Positions 1-12,120 of a stretch of DNA of 64,000 nucleotides are shown one piece after another. The notes below the pieces were generated by a model. It saw only the letters and a list, made by a program, of their open reading frames with translations, ran no database searches and was not told the origin of the DNA. Both the position numbers and the translations under genes were made by a program. Position 1 is the stretch's first letter, and every line of letters begins with the position of its first letter. This DNA comes from Lama guanicoe (Eukaryota), in the NCBI GenBank assembly GCA_013239625.1, contig MU053561.1:5191214-5255213 (forward strand). Direction: 5' to 3'.

Positions 1-163
1 ACAGAGAGTGTAGTAGTGGGAGATCAATAAATGCAAGTTGAAGTAAATACAGTATTATACCTTTTCTGCTGACAGTAGGGGAAAAGCAAAATCTGCAGTG
101 GTCTACTGTGGCCTGTGTTTTGGACAAATGTTGAGCCCCTGTTCTCACTCCCTTATTCCTCAG

Positions 164-371
164 GGGAAGCAGGCGCTGATTTGGCTCCTGGGCGTCCATG
201 GGGAACGAATTCCCAATGCTCCTTATGTGTTGGAGGACTTTGTAGAGAATGTGAAGTCAGAGACGTTTCCAGCTGTTAAGATGGAGCTGCTCACGGCACT
301 GCTGCGTCTTTTCCTCTCCCGACCGGCCGAGTGCCAGGACACGCTGGGCCGTTTGCTGCATTACTGCATAG
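164..371 (+). CDS. AP4B1: AP-4 complex subunit beta-1, third-to-last coding exon ([10 protein letters not shown]...RLLHYCI)
   Basis: cctcag|GGG acceptor, ATAG|gtagg donor, 208 bp; translation matches the AP4B1 trunk. Confidence 0.96.
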
Positions 372-576
372 GTAGGCTCCCCGGGAGGCAATGGTACCTG
401 CCGTGACTGGCAGTAAGGTCTCACGGCTCTCATGTCTGGGACCCAAGAAGAAAATGTCACCGTTTTTTAGGGTTTCCTCCCTCCTTCATTTTTCTCTCCT
501 ATTTTGGTTGGCATAGGGGTAGAAATAGTGTGTTGGGTTTTGTTTTTAATTAACTCAGTCTGTTGTTTTCCCTCAG

Positions 577-855
577 AGGAAGAAAAGGATATGGCTGTAC
601 GGGACCGAGGTCTCTTCTATTATCGCCTCCTCTTAGCTGGTGTTGATGAAGTGAAGCGGATCCTGTGCAGCCCTAAGTCTGACCCTTCTCTTGGACTTTT
701 GGCGGATCAGGCAGAAAGACCTGTGAACAGCTGGGCCTCCGACTTCAACACACTGGTGCCAGTATATGGCAAAGCCCGCTGGGCAACCATCTCCAAGTGC
801 CGAGGGGTAGAGCGTCATGGCCCAGAGCTTCCTAATGCATCCTGTGCCACATCAG
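577..855 (+). CDS. AP4B1: AP4B1 penultimate coding exon ([18 protein letters not shown]...CATS)
   Basis: cctcag| acceptor, CAG|gtaaa donor, phases 1/1, 279 bp. Confidence 0.96.
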
Positions 856-1118
856 GTAAAAACTGTCTTTTCTTTGGACCTTGTCAGAAAACTCTTTATC
901 TCTTGCAATGACTGGTAGAGAGTAGAGGACACTCTCTAAGTCTCAGCCTGTTGCCTGAATTTGAAATCTTTGTGAATAAGAAAGTAGTTCATCATTGGTT
1001 ATTTAAGCCATTTATCCACAGATAAGAGTCACATTATGTACGTTTGGACATCTAGATTTGACAATGTAGTTCCTGTCGATTAAGAACATCTCTTACACAA
1101 ACTTTTCAACTCTTTTAG

Positions 1119-1546
1119 GACCCCTGGTTCCTGCAGAGAACAAGGAGCGGGTACAAGATCTCCCCGATTCCGGAGCCCTCATGCTAGTCCCCAATCGTCA
1201 GCTAACTGCTGAGTGTTTTGAGAAAACTTGGCTTAGCCTCAAAGTTGCTCATCAGCAAGTGTTCCCGTGGCAGGGAGTGGTCCATCCTGACACCCTCCAG
1301 ATGGCCCTGCAAGTGGTGAACATCCAGACCATCGCCATGAGCAGGGCTGGGGCGCAGCCCTGGAAAGCCTTCCTCAGTGCTCAGGACGATACTGGCTGTC
1401 TGTTCCTAACAGAACTGCTGTTGGAGCCCGAGAACTTAGAAATGCAGGTCTCTGTGAAACAAAGCAAGGCGAGGACAGAGACACTGCACAGTTTTATTTC
1501 TGTATTAGAAACTGTGATTGGAACAATTGGAGACTTAAAGTCCTAA
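1119..1546 (+). CDS. AP4B1: AP4B1 last coding exon (ear/appendage domain, ends IGDLKS*)
   Basis: cttttag|GA acceptor; [29 protein letters not shown]...; TAA at 1544-1546. Confidence 0.96.
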
Positions 1547-3183
1547 CGACTTCTTGCCTGTCCTGAGTGAGATGAATAGCTGTCAGAGTTCCTTAGTTTT
1601 TCTCACTACAGCTGCTTGTAAGTCCAGATAATGTCAAATGCAAAGGAGAAGAGGAATCTAGGGATTAAGATTCTTATGCTTTTGTCCAAAGACCATTGAC
1701 ATATTCCTCTCATACTTATTGCTGAATGACCCCATTTTTCCAGGTGATATTGAAAAGGTTAATGTTGGTAAGCGGGTGGGAATGCGGTGATAGGATTTGG
1801 CTTTTTTTCTAATCAGTTTAAGGGGTTATTTTACTACTTAAAGATGCCTGAAGTCTCTGGACTGATGACGTCATCATTTTTGGGAGGCATCTTTTCTCCC
1901 CTGGATTACTGCAGTAAATTCCTTACTGTTCTCATGTTTCTAATCATGCTTTTTAGGCCAGAGATCAAAGTCCTCCGTGTGGCATCTAAAGTGCCTCTTC
2001 AGTGCTGTGGCTCAGCACTCCCCGAAATTCCCTCTGTTCTGACAAAAGCAAACCACCTGCAGTTCCCTGGATACACTACTAGGTCCTCTCTCCCCCCTGC
2101 ACTTCGGCCCCTGCTGCTTTCTCTCATGCCTAAACATTTCCTCACCCTCATATCTTTGTTAAGTAACACCTAGTCTATCTCAGTGTTCACCTCAGGCATG
2201 AGCTCTTGCAGGGAGTTCGCTGTGACCCTCGCTGCCATCGTTAGGGGTCTCACTCAAGCCGTGAAAGCAGTCGGTGCCTGTGTCTAGCAGGACTATTGTA
2301 ATTATTTTCTTGTCACTCTTTCTCACTTTTGACTTTATTCATACCATACCACGTTTTACACATTGAGACAACTTATGGCAAAAACAGATGTAATAAAATG
2401 ATGGCAAAGTATAAAATAACCAGAGAACCCAGCACAGGAAAAATAAAAATACTCATGAAGACCAGCTGGGTTAGGGATGGGAAGGTATGCAAATGTTCAG
2501 GCTGAAAGGGCCTATGTAGTTGGCAGAGTTGAGCGTCAGCCTTAGCTCTGGAAGTGATCTGGCAGTCAGAATAAGCAGAAATAGTTATATCTTGTTATCA
2601 GAGAGGAAGAAACATTTCAATTCTAATTTCTAAAAGAAACTTCCATGCAGTTTCACACAGGTGGCCCTGAGTGGTATGTGGAAGATGCCTGTGGGAAGTT
2701 GGTAAAGTGCTTCACCTGACTTGTGGCGCTCCTCCGTGCAAGCAGAGGGCATCACTCTAACATGGAGCTTAGTGAGTGCATCCCCTCAAGGACGAAAGAT
2801 AATGTGACCCAAATATCCAGCTTAATTCAAGGACTTCTTCCTGGATACACAGATGGACTGCATATCCTGCAAATAATTCTTCACCCATCATTTCTCTCAA
2901 CTAGGCTTTTAATAGGAATAGATACAGCTAGTACTGAATTTTCTGGCAAGGGCCTGGGTCTTGTGAGTTGTCTGTCTCCACCGAACAATTTCTAAGGACA
3001 GTGATTATCTTTCTTTCCTTCTGTCTCCATTGTGCCTACCACATAGTCGTTACTCAATAAATGGTATTGAAGGAATGACTGGAAGTAACTGGATTCTGAT
3101 GGTGTATTGGGATTGGTGTTTGAAGTGTGTTTTTTTATATTTATTGACTATACAGAAGATAATAGATGGAATTCTACCTAGAC

Positions 3184-3401
3184 TAGGGTTTCTCAAAAGT
3201 GGTACTGTTGACATTTGGAACCAGATAATTCGTTGCTGTGGGGGTGGTTTTCCTGTGAACTGAAGGATAATCATTAGCAGTATCTGGTCTGTATCATTAG
3301 ATGCCAGTAGAACCCCCAGGTGTGACAACTGAAAATGTCCTTAGTCATTGTCAAAGGCACTGTGGGTGGGGGGCAGAATCACCCCAAATTGAGAAAGACT
3401 G
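3184..3401. mobile_element. MER20-like hAT MITE
   Basis: Perfect 8-bp TSD ACCTAGAC at 3176-3183 and 3402-3409; about 218 bp; internal GACATTTGG..CAGATAATT and AAAATGTC motifs. Confidence 0.85.
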
Positions 3402-4530
3402 ACCTAGACCATAGATCCCAGGGACTGGAAGTAGAGGGATCAGATTTGCTTTCCATATTTTGAACTTGTTTGGGTAAACTGAATGTTTAATTAGGTACTA
3501 AAAGAAATAAAATTGAAGTGTTAAGTGCTGCCAATTTAAAGTGTTTCAAGGGAACAGGATGTAAGTGGTAGAAATTGAGTACACTGACTGACTTTTTTAA
3601 AAATTAGAGACTATAATCGAAGTATTGACCTAATGAAAATTAAGTACGAAAACCCCACAAATACAAAAAAAAAAAAAAAGTACGGCTCAGGGATCAAATG
3701 TCACTGAAGTGATCATAACTATTGGAGCTTTTAGTAGATTGAGTCCTACTTGGTTGCTTTTCTATAATGTAAAGGGCATAGAAGAATATGAAACTGTTCC
3801 TTTTGAGAAGTGTAATTTTAAAACGATTTCACAAAAGTGATGATTTCTCTTACCTGTAGCCTTGTTTTACTAATTTATAAGCAAATGATTAAAGCTTATG
3901 TATAACAGGAATTTTTTAATATTCCTTCTCCCTGGGAGCTCTCTCTCTAGCCTCTGTAGACACATGGTTTGATGATATAAGTAGATGCTTATCGATAAAA
4001 TCCATGAAGGTAGTCAATACTGTGCTGTTAGAAAAACGGCCTTCTAATGGTCTTAGTTGGTAAATGGTATGTAACACATGTAGTGAGTGTCCACCAATGA
4101 CAGTGGTGCTTTGGAACATCATAGAGGCAATCATTTGCATAGTCCCTGACCATAATTTCACTGTCATGGACCAGCAACTGATAAATGCCTCCATTCCCTC
4201 CTCCTTTTTGAATAGGAGCTCTGTTACAATTATTCTTACATTTAATGATAATTATTACAGTAATTCTGTCCCTTTCTCATATATTGGGTGTTTCAGGGAG
4301 GGATGACAAAGAACTTATTTTCTTAGTTCTAGGTCTTCACACTGAGAGGAGCTGTACCCAAGGATCCTCATTGACATGCAGACCAGGTGCAGATGACAAG
4401 ATCCTGGATTTGGAGTTGAGGCTTTGGGAATGGGATATAGATTGTTATGGCCAGAGCAGCAAGAGAAGCAAGTGATAGTGAAAAAATTCTGGCCTCGTTT
4501 TTCAGTAATAATTAGGAGTACGGTATTTGC

Positions 4531-4702
4531 TTTTTTTTTCTTTCTTTCTTCCTTTTTTTTAAAGTAAGGTGTTTTTGGGGGGAGGGGAGAAGAATTAGGT
4601 TTATTCATTTACTTATATATTTTTAGAGGAGGTACTGGTAGTTGAACCCAGGACCTCATGAATGCTAAGCCTGCACTCTACCACTTGAGCTGTACCCTTT
4701 CC
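4531..4702 (-). mobile_element. tRNA-derived SINE (Vic-1-like)
   Basis: Reverse-complement tRNA-like head with A and B boxes, AACCTAATT motif, T-rich tail, diverged TSD. Confidence 0.85.
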
Positions 4703-6297
4703 GCAAGAATATGATATTTGAACTTCAAGACTAAAAGGTATGTGGGCTGAAGGGAAGGGAAAGGTGTGGTTGGGAGGGTGATACATTGGAGGCCCAGAGA
4801 GAAATAAGCAAAGGAGGAAATTTTACCCCACAGTGCTTATGAAAGGTATGTTCTGTTTCTATAAACTTACAACATTGATTATACAAGATAATGCAAAGGA
4901 TAGATAAGATAATGCAAAGATTAGATCCCTGCAATGGCAATTGTCCTTAAGCACATCAGTACTGAAATGAGGGAGGTAGTTTATTATTGTGAGAAAAGGT
5001 TTATTCTTTGTGGTAAGACAGACTAGGTTTTAAATTTTTATTGTGCCACTTACTGATGCCACTTACCTTGGGCAAGCTATTTAACACCAGTTGGATGGCA
5101 TCTTATAAACTTATTTGTTTTGGTATATTATTCTGAAAGTATGTCATAAATGTATTTGTTGGAGTCCTTGAATTGTCAGTGGCTAGCTCTGCTGTGAAAG
5201 GAGGTTGGCCTAGAATTATCTCTGAGAGACCTTCTGACTTTAGAGGTCTGAAGGCTACTTGATAGAAACTGAAATTTCAGCCCTAGTGATAGACAATGGC
5301 AAATAAAAATGGCCCTTTAGCTACATAATTCCTGTTCCTAGTCCAAAAGGGATTTATGATCATTTGTTTTTTTAGAATGGAATCGAAAATAGAAGATTGG
5401 CTCTGATTATTTTGCAAGATAGAAATTCCACTTTAAACAACTTACTGTTTATGCTTGACTTTTTTACTAGTTCACCAGGTCAGAATATCCTGAAAGGGCT
5501 GATAGGTGTGAATGCTGCTTCTGAGATACAAATCCAAAGTCTAGGTGTAGCTATTTGAGAAGTTAGCCGCCAAAGGTAAGTGTCCAATTCTGCGAAACTG
5601 TAAAACAGTGATGGAGTCCAACCCTGTTAGGAAAATCCTAATTACTTCTATTAGAGAGTAGATCCCAGATCCCTTTCATCTTGGTCATCAGGCTTTGGGC
5701 TTAAAAGGAAGACATTCAACACTTACTGCATGTCAGTGACTGCTGGGTCATTCCACATAACATTATCTTATTTAATCCTCATTAATTCCCTGTGAAACAC
5801 TTTGTGTTATCCCTATTTATAATTCCTCAAATTTTTATTCACCTTCTCAGCTTTTGTGTATCCTATTTCCTCCACCTAGAATGGTCTTATTCCTGCTCTT
5901 TGTCTGATGAATCCCTACTTGTCCTTCAGAGCGCATCTCAGATGTTACTACTTCAAGGAAGCCTTCCTAACCCCCTACATTTGTTTCTTTATTGTATATG
6001 GTAATAATACACTGTATCCCAATAAGCACTAGAAACTATGTGATTAGGCATTTAATATCCATCGTTCATACTAAACTATGTCTGTGTCATTTTTCTGGGT
6101 TATTTACAGTGCCAAGTATGTATAGTTCCTTACAAATGGGTACTCAGTAGATGATCTATGCGTGATTATGACCAATAAATGCATAGTCAGGAGTTGAATG
6201 CTTGTGTAATGTAATTTCAAAAATTTCCTTCCTTAGGTTACACCATACACAGAACCCAATGAGAAGTTTCTTGATGAAATTACCCAAGAGGCTGTTC

Positions 6298-6353
6298 CTT
6301 ATCTCTATTTCAGTTTTAGATTGGCTATCTAACTATTAAAGTTATTCATTAAC
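6298..6353. promoter_or_regulatory. BCL2L15: BCL2L15 promoter: GATA (CTTATCT), CCAAT (ATTGG) and HNF1 (GTTATTCATTAAC) motifs
   Basis: Motif matches about 270-330 bp upstream of the ATG; HNF1 site has one mismatch to GTTAATNATTAAC. Confidence 0.55.
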
Positions 6354-6624
6354 CTTAGGGACTGGCTTGGGTATGCTTCTGAGACAAGGAACTGAAAGTC
6401 TTCAACGAACCTCTGCAGTTCTGTGTGGGTGAGTTCTTCAGAGATGACCCTTCGGAGCAGCTGTTTTTGAAGACAGGTGGTAGGAGAGGCTCTAGGACCA
6501 CATGTCCCATTAAACAACTTTACAGGAGGGAGACACATCTGGTTTACCAGTGTTTCTGACTTCCTGCTGAGCTGAAAACAGCTTCTTTTTGTGGAAGAGC
6601 CAAACTTGGCCACAAACATCTAAA

Positions 6625-6751
6625 ATGAAGATCCCCCGAACTTTTGAGGAGCAAACAGAATGCATCGTGGACTCTCTGCTCTCAGACTTCTTAGGCACCA
6701 CTTGGCAGGTTGCCAACCGGAGCCTGTGTGGTGTAGATGAACCAGATTCAG
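6625..6751 (+). CDS. BCL2L15: BCL2L15 exon 1 CDS ([15 protein letters not shown]...EPDS)
   Basis: AAAATGA start, CAG|gtaagg donor. Confidence 0.95.
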
Positions 6752-7451
6752 GTAAGGCTTCCGGCCTGAGGTGGTAATTATAGGTCAATAAGAGAATCTG
6801 AATATGCTTTCTTATTTCCTCTTAAGTTTCAAAAGGTGAACTCTAAGCTTTCAGCAATATCTGAAGTCTTTATAGAAGGGAAAGAGATTCCCAGGGAAGA
6901 GAAATTTTCTGACTATTGGTGTTGACAGAACATTGAAAGTGTTCTTGGGAGAGAGCAATGCCAAAATTGCTCAAAAGTCTGGAGAACTTTCCTCAGTGCC
7001 TGGATTCCCGGGACTTGCCATCCTTCCGAGCACTGTGACAAATGTGTTCCCTCTGTTTTAGGAGAGGCTAGCTGTTTTGACGTGGCCATCATTGCTGGTC
7101 GCCTTCGGATGTTGGGTGACAAGTTCAATGGAGAATTGGAAGCTTCTGCCAAAAACGTCATCGCAGAAACCATCCGGGGACAGGTCAAGTTTCTACTACT
7201 TCTTTCTATTGTTTGCTGCTTTTTTCTGTTTCAGACACCCTTGTCTTACTGTTCTATACGACTGTGACTGAAATGTGCTGTGAAAGATTTGGGGGCTTAA
7301 TGCATCCAAAGAGATACAGCAAGAAATTTTCAATTGCCCATTCTTTAGGAGTTAATCTAAGCCTAGGTGATATTGAGGTGGAGAGCTTTTCAGCACAGGT
7401 TGATCAGCCTTCAGATTATTTCCATTTGTTTTTTCACCAGAGCTGTGCTTA

Positions 7452-7503
<52 letters not shown>

Positions 7504-10500
7504 CACTCTATTCTTGGTAAAGCATTTTATCCTTTTCTACACCTGTTTTAATACTTATTTTGCTGGTAGTGGGTGTCTTTTTTTCAAGGTCCAGCAATGA
7601 AATTACATACAGGAAGGATGGGCAGCTGTCATGTTTGATGCAATGAGGGACAAGTACTTACCACTAAGGCGTATCTGGCTTTCCATACGAGCCCTATACT
7701 GGACTCTGTATTGGATATAAATACCATAGACAATGTTCTAGAAGATGTTGCCGATTAATATCAATAATGACAGCTAATATTAACTCATCACTTACTGTGT
7801 ACCAGCTAGTATTCTAAATGCTTTATACTTCTTATCTCACTTAACCCTTACACCACTCTGCGAGGTATTATAGAAAGTATTATCTGTTGTGCAACCTCTC
7901 TCCATCTGTGTATAACACTGTGAGAGCAAACATCTAACCTGTCTTGTTGACTGCTGTAATCACACAACCTAGAACAGAACCACAGGCCCTCAATAAGTAT
8001 TTTCTGACTTGGTATCCATTTAAGCAGATAAGGAAATTGAGGAATAGGGAAATAAGTAATTAGATTACTTAGTTAGTATTGAAGTTAAGAACCCAGACTG
8101 ATTCCAGAATCACACTTTTTAAAAAAAAATTGAGGTAACAATGGTTTGTAACATTATCTAAGTTTCATGTGTACAACATTATAATGTCTGCTTCTGTATA
8201 CACCATAGCATGCTCACCACCAAAAGTCTAGTTTCCATCTGTCACCATGCAATTGACCCCTTTACCCATTTTGCCCTTGCCCCACCTCCCTTCCCCTCCG
8301 ATAACCACCAGTTTGTTCTCTGTATCTCTGTGCAGAACCACACCCTTAACCATTATGCTGTATCTTCCTATGGAATACAGCTTGGGTAGTATGCCTATTC
8401 TGGCAGAAAGGGACTTATCACACCTAATTGCTTGCACTGAAGCTTTCCTAGGTAGCTGATAGCTGAATCTACTGAGTTTAATTTTTTTTTAATTAAAAAA
8501 ATTTTGGAAACAGCTTCAAACTCATAGAAGAGTTGAATCATTTAAGAGTAAGTAGCCAACGTGATGTTTCATCACCCCCTAATACTTTTATATATGTGTG
8601 TAGATGTAACTGCAATCTAACCATCAAAACCAGGAAATTAGCACTGATACATTATCATTCTCATCCTCAGATCCCATTCAGGTTTTCTCAGTTGTCCCAA
8701 TGATGTCACTTTCACTTACAGTTGACCCTTGAACCACATAGGTTTGAACTGTGAGTGTCCACTTGCTTACAGATTTTTATCAGTAAATAAGTACATATTT
8801 TGAAAATACTATTAGTATTTTTCAGTAAATACTACACGATCTGCAGTTGGTCGAATCTGCAGATGTGGAACTACACACAGATACAGAGGGCTGACTGTAA
8901 AGTTATACGTGGGTTTCTACTACACAGGGGGTTGTTGCTCCTAACCTCCGAGTTCTTGATGGGTCAACTGTACAGTGGAAGGAACTAGGCCAGAATCAGA
9001 CACTGAATTTAGTTGCCATGTTTCTTTAGTCTCCTTCAGTCTGGAAGAGTTCATCAGTCTTTCCTTGATTTTTATGACCTTGACGCTTGAAGATAATGGG
9101 CCAATTATTTTGTAGACTGTCCCTTAACTTGGGTTCCTTTGGTGTTTCCTCTTGAGTGGATATAGGATATCTGCCTTTGGAAGGAGTATCACAGAAGTGT
9201 TGCTGTGTTTGTCTCACTGCATCCTATCAAGGAGCACAGATTGCAGTTTGTCCCCGTACTGGTGTTAACTTTAACCACGTAAGGTGGTGTCTGCAAGGCT
9301 CCTCCATTGTCAAGTTAATCTTTTCCCCTTTAATTAGTAAGTGTTTGGTAGGGTGGTACTTTGAAACCATGTAAATATCCCATAGCTCATCAAAATTTTA
9401 ATCTATTTATTTATTTATTTTGTATATCAACACAGACTCATGAATTCCTGCTTTATTCAATGGGCTATAATCTTATTATCATTATTTATTTGTGTGCTCA
9501 AATTGCCCCAGCTTTGGCCAGTAGGAATCCTTTCAATCAGGACTGTGTCTTTGCCATGTGCCTGTCATTCTCTGAGTACTTCCTTAATTTCTGACAGGAG
9601 ATCTTGTATTCTCAAGGCCTGAGCCTGAAATGAGCTGTTCTCTAGGGAGCTCTGGTTTCTTTGAATGGAGAGCAATACTTGGAAACCAGGATCTAGGTCC
9701 CCTCATGTGGCTGCCCGTCTCAGCTTGTTTGGGTTCTGACACCTGGCTCTGACCACACTGGGCTCCCAAAGCTTTACCACAATAGATCTTGCTCGGCCCC
9801 ACCTAAAGGCTTTTGGACCAAACTTTTGGGGAAGGAAAGAGGAAGAGGAAAAACTGATCTGTTTTTTTTACTTTAGAGTTTCCCAGACTTCAGGCATTTA
9901 AGCCATACCTTCACAATTTGACCAGCTACACTATCATGTACTTAATATTTTTCTTTCAAATCATTTTTTTTTCTTTTAATCATTTTGTTCATCCTAAGCA
10001 ATAATATCTGAAATAGTGAGTCTGATGGGCTTATTATTTTTCCTAATACCCGTTACAATAAATTTTAAAATATTTAAACGAGAGAAGTTTATCCACCTAC
10101 TCCCTAAGATTACCTCAGATTCAACCAATGTACACCTGCCACTCTTTGAGAAACACTTGCTTAACTGGATTCCTGCACCTGCAGCCTCCTGTACTTCTTT
10201 AGTGATACTCCACTGATAAATCCTGTGTCTTTCCCCAGGCAGGACCTATACTTCAGGACACAGTAAAATCTCTCAGCAAGGCCTGGTGTGCTCAGGATTC
10301 CAGCTTGGCTTATGAGAGAGCCTTTCTGGCAGTGTCAGTGAAACTTCTTGAATGTGTAGTCCGCATGGCTCCTGATATGGCAAGACAGGTGGCTATGCCC
10401 ATGACAAATATGATCAATGGGAACAGTGCCATCCGAGAGTATATCCAGGGCCAGGGAGGTTGGGTAAGTATTTTGGGGCCCCTGGATTTGCTAGGCATTT

Positions 10501-11072
10501 GCACTGTTTTTGTATTAATACCTTGAACTCCAGTTCATGATTCTTTCTGTCGGTTAAACCACTTAGGAAAACAGGCTTTCCAACCTCGCTGAAAATGCCA
10601 GGCTTTTTTTTTTTTTTGCCATGGAAAAGGGGAGCAGTCAGAAGTTCCAGCCGGTAGGTCTTGGACTCCAGAGTCAGGCTGCCTAAAATGTTGACTGCTA
10701 ACTCTGCAAGCTAATTTCCACTTCCTCCACCTAATCATCTGTGAAGTACATTGATGGTGGAGTTCTAATCTCAGCCTGACTTTGCTCTGTTCCCTGGTAA
10801 ATTTCTGCATCTTCTTTCCCTAACATCTTTGGGTATGTGTTGAGGAAGTTCAGAATTATCTTTACCTAACAAACAGTTAGCGACATCTGCTCTAGTGATA
10901 ACAATAGGGGGCATTCTCAGCCCGTGTCTTAGTCATCAGCAGAAGCCTTAGCAAGAGCTGCAGTCCCTGAAGGTATCTGCGCATCATTCTGGTTTCTTTA
11001 GGGAGTTCCTGAAGACCATCCCCTTGACTGCAGAATGTTCATTGTCCTTCCTAGGAAAACCTGGAGAGCTGA
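6625..11072 (+). CDS. BCL2L15: BCL2L15 (Bfk) coding span, 4 exons, 492 nt = 163 aa + stop
   Basis: Exons 127+122+225+18 splice in frame with GT-AG sites; BH3 (LRMLGDKF) and BH2-like (IQGQGGWENL) motifs. Confidence 0.96.
7062..7183 (+). CDS. BCL2L15: BCL2L15 exon 2 (BH3 motif [13 protein letters not shown])
   Basis: ttttag| acceptor, CAG|gtcaag donor, 122 bp. Confidence 0.93.
7452..7503. repeat. (TA)n(CA)n(TA)n compound microsatellite
   Basis: Directly visible. Confidence 0.97.
8120..8331 (-). mobile_element. 5'-truncated L1 3' end inserted in a MIR
   Basis: L1 3' UTR motifs; TSD CAGAATCACAC / CAGAACCACAC. Confidence 0.75.
8480..9710 (-). mobile_element. Old L1M (L1MC/ME-type) 3' fragment
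   Basis: Typical old L1 3' UTR motifs (TTTAGTTGCCATGTTTCTTTAGTCTCCTT; GAGCTCTGGTTTCTTT..GGAAACCAGGATCTAGG). Confidence 0.65.
8719..8970. mobile_element. Tigger2/MER8-type MITE nested in L1
   Basis: TIRs CAGTTGACCC / GGGTCAACTG flanked by TA TSD. Confidence 0.88.
10239..10463 (+). CDS. BCL2L15: BCL2L15 exon 3 (AGPILQDTV...IQGQGGW)
   Basis: ccccag| acceptor, TGG|gtaagt donor, 225 bp. Confidence 0.95.
11055..11072 (+). CDS. BCL2L15: BCL2L15 exon 4 CDS (ENLES*)
   Basis: ccttcctag|GAA AAC CTG GAG AGC TGA. Confidence 0.93.
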   Translation, partial: ENLES

Positions 11073-11717
11073 AGAAGAGGTGGAGCTGTTTTCCAGCCTG
11101 AACAGGACGTCTTCTTTGACTGATTGGGTGATTGATTCCTGGCAATTAAAACAGAAGAACAGCCAAATCAAAACACACTTTCTTTTGGACAGAACTGAAC
11201 TTGACTGAATAATCTATCTTCTGCTGATTGTTAAAGTTAGGAGCGACTCCCAGAGGTCTACAGAGATTTTATACTTTCTGTTCTTATGTGAGTTTTAATG
11301 AAGTTTTGTTGAAGCAGAGACCTCCAGATGCAAGGTAATGACTTGTCAGTAGTGGAATTCCAGGCAACAGGAAACCATTCTGCAGATTTTGCCCTGCCCT
11401 TTGGTAAGGATTTTATCTACTAATTTTGCAGTCTTAAGGATTTCAGGGAGATCTTTGGTTGGAAAATTTTATTTTAAGTTGAGGATTTTCTTTTTAAGTT
11501 TATAACCAAAATTTCATGTTAATTTCACCTGAGCTGAATTATTTTATGTATTTTCAAGGTTAGAAGCAAAAAAGAGCAGTTGTTCATCTGCTCTTCTACT
11601 AGAAAGGCCAAAGAGAGAGATAACAGTGACTGCATTTTTATTGCCACAGGATGCAGGAAGTGCTGGCCCACATGTAGGACAGTAGGGCCGTCCCAGCTTA
11701 GATGAAGCTACATACCA

Positions 11718-11892
11718 CAGTGTTTTTCAAAGTATATTTCACATACCACTTGCGGACCTTATATGTTGCTGATCTCCAGGCCCCATCCCTAGAGATTCTG
11801 ATCCTATAGGAGTGGGCTGGGGCCTAAGATCCTACCTGTTTAATCAGTTCCACTGGTGATTCTAATGAACATATAAAATTTGGGAACCATCG
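11718..11892. mobile_element. MER5-type hAT MITE
   Basis: CAGTGTTTTTCAAA ... TTTGGGAACCATCG ends; AGAGATTCTGAT..GGGCTGGGGCC core. Confidence 0.7.
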
Positions 11893-11900
11893 CTTTAGAG

Positions 11901-12120
11901 CAGGTGTTGGCAAAGTTCAGCCCATGGGCCAAATCAGCCTGCTTTTTTTTTTTTCAGTTAAAGCTTTATTAGAATGCAGCTGCACTCACTTGTTTGCATA
12001 TTATCTATGGCTGTGTTAGCATTGCAGCAGCAAAGTTGAGTCATTATGGCAGACACCATATGGCCTGTCCTGTAAAGCTTAAAATATTTACTGTCTGGCC
12101 TTTAAGTTTGCAGACCCCTG
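11901..12120. mobile_element. MER58A-type hAT MITE
   Basis: TIRs CAGGTGTTGGCAAA / TTTGCAGACCCCTG; 8-bp TSD-like CTTTAGAG / CTCTAAAG. Confidence 0.8.

Noticed and set aside
1787..2173. 128-aa ORF downstream of AP4B1
   Set aside because: It starts at GTG, has no recognisable domain, and runs into degraded repeat-like pyrimidine-rich sequence.
4885..4926. Small tandem duplications (21-bp unit here; 14-bp unit at about 30748-30778)
   Set aside because: They are ordinary two-copy slippage events with no spacer structure; there is no CRISPR-like array anywhere in the window.
6929..7061. Open frame in BCL2L15 intron 1 ([10 protein letters not shown]..) in frame with exon 2, at first matched to an NWD motif
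   Set aside because: A better match for the same motif lies at 10760-10860, and the acceptor phase (0) does not fit exon 1 (phase 1). It shows that by-eye matching gives false positives.
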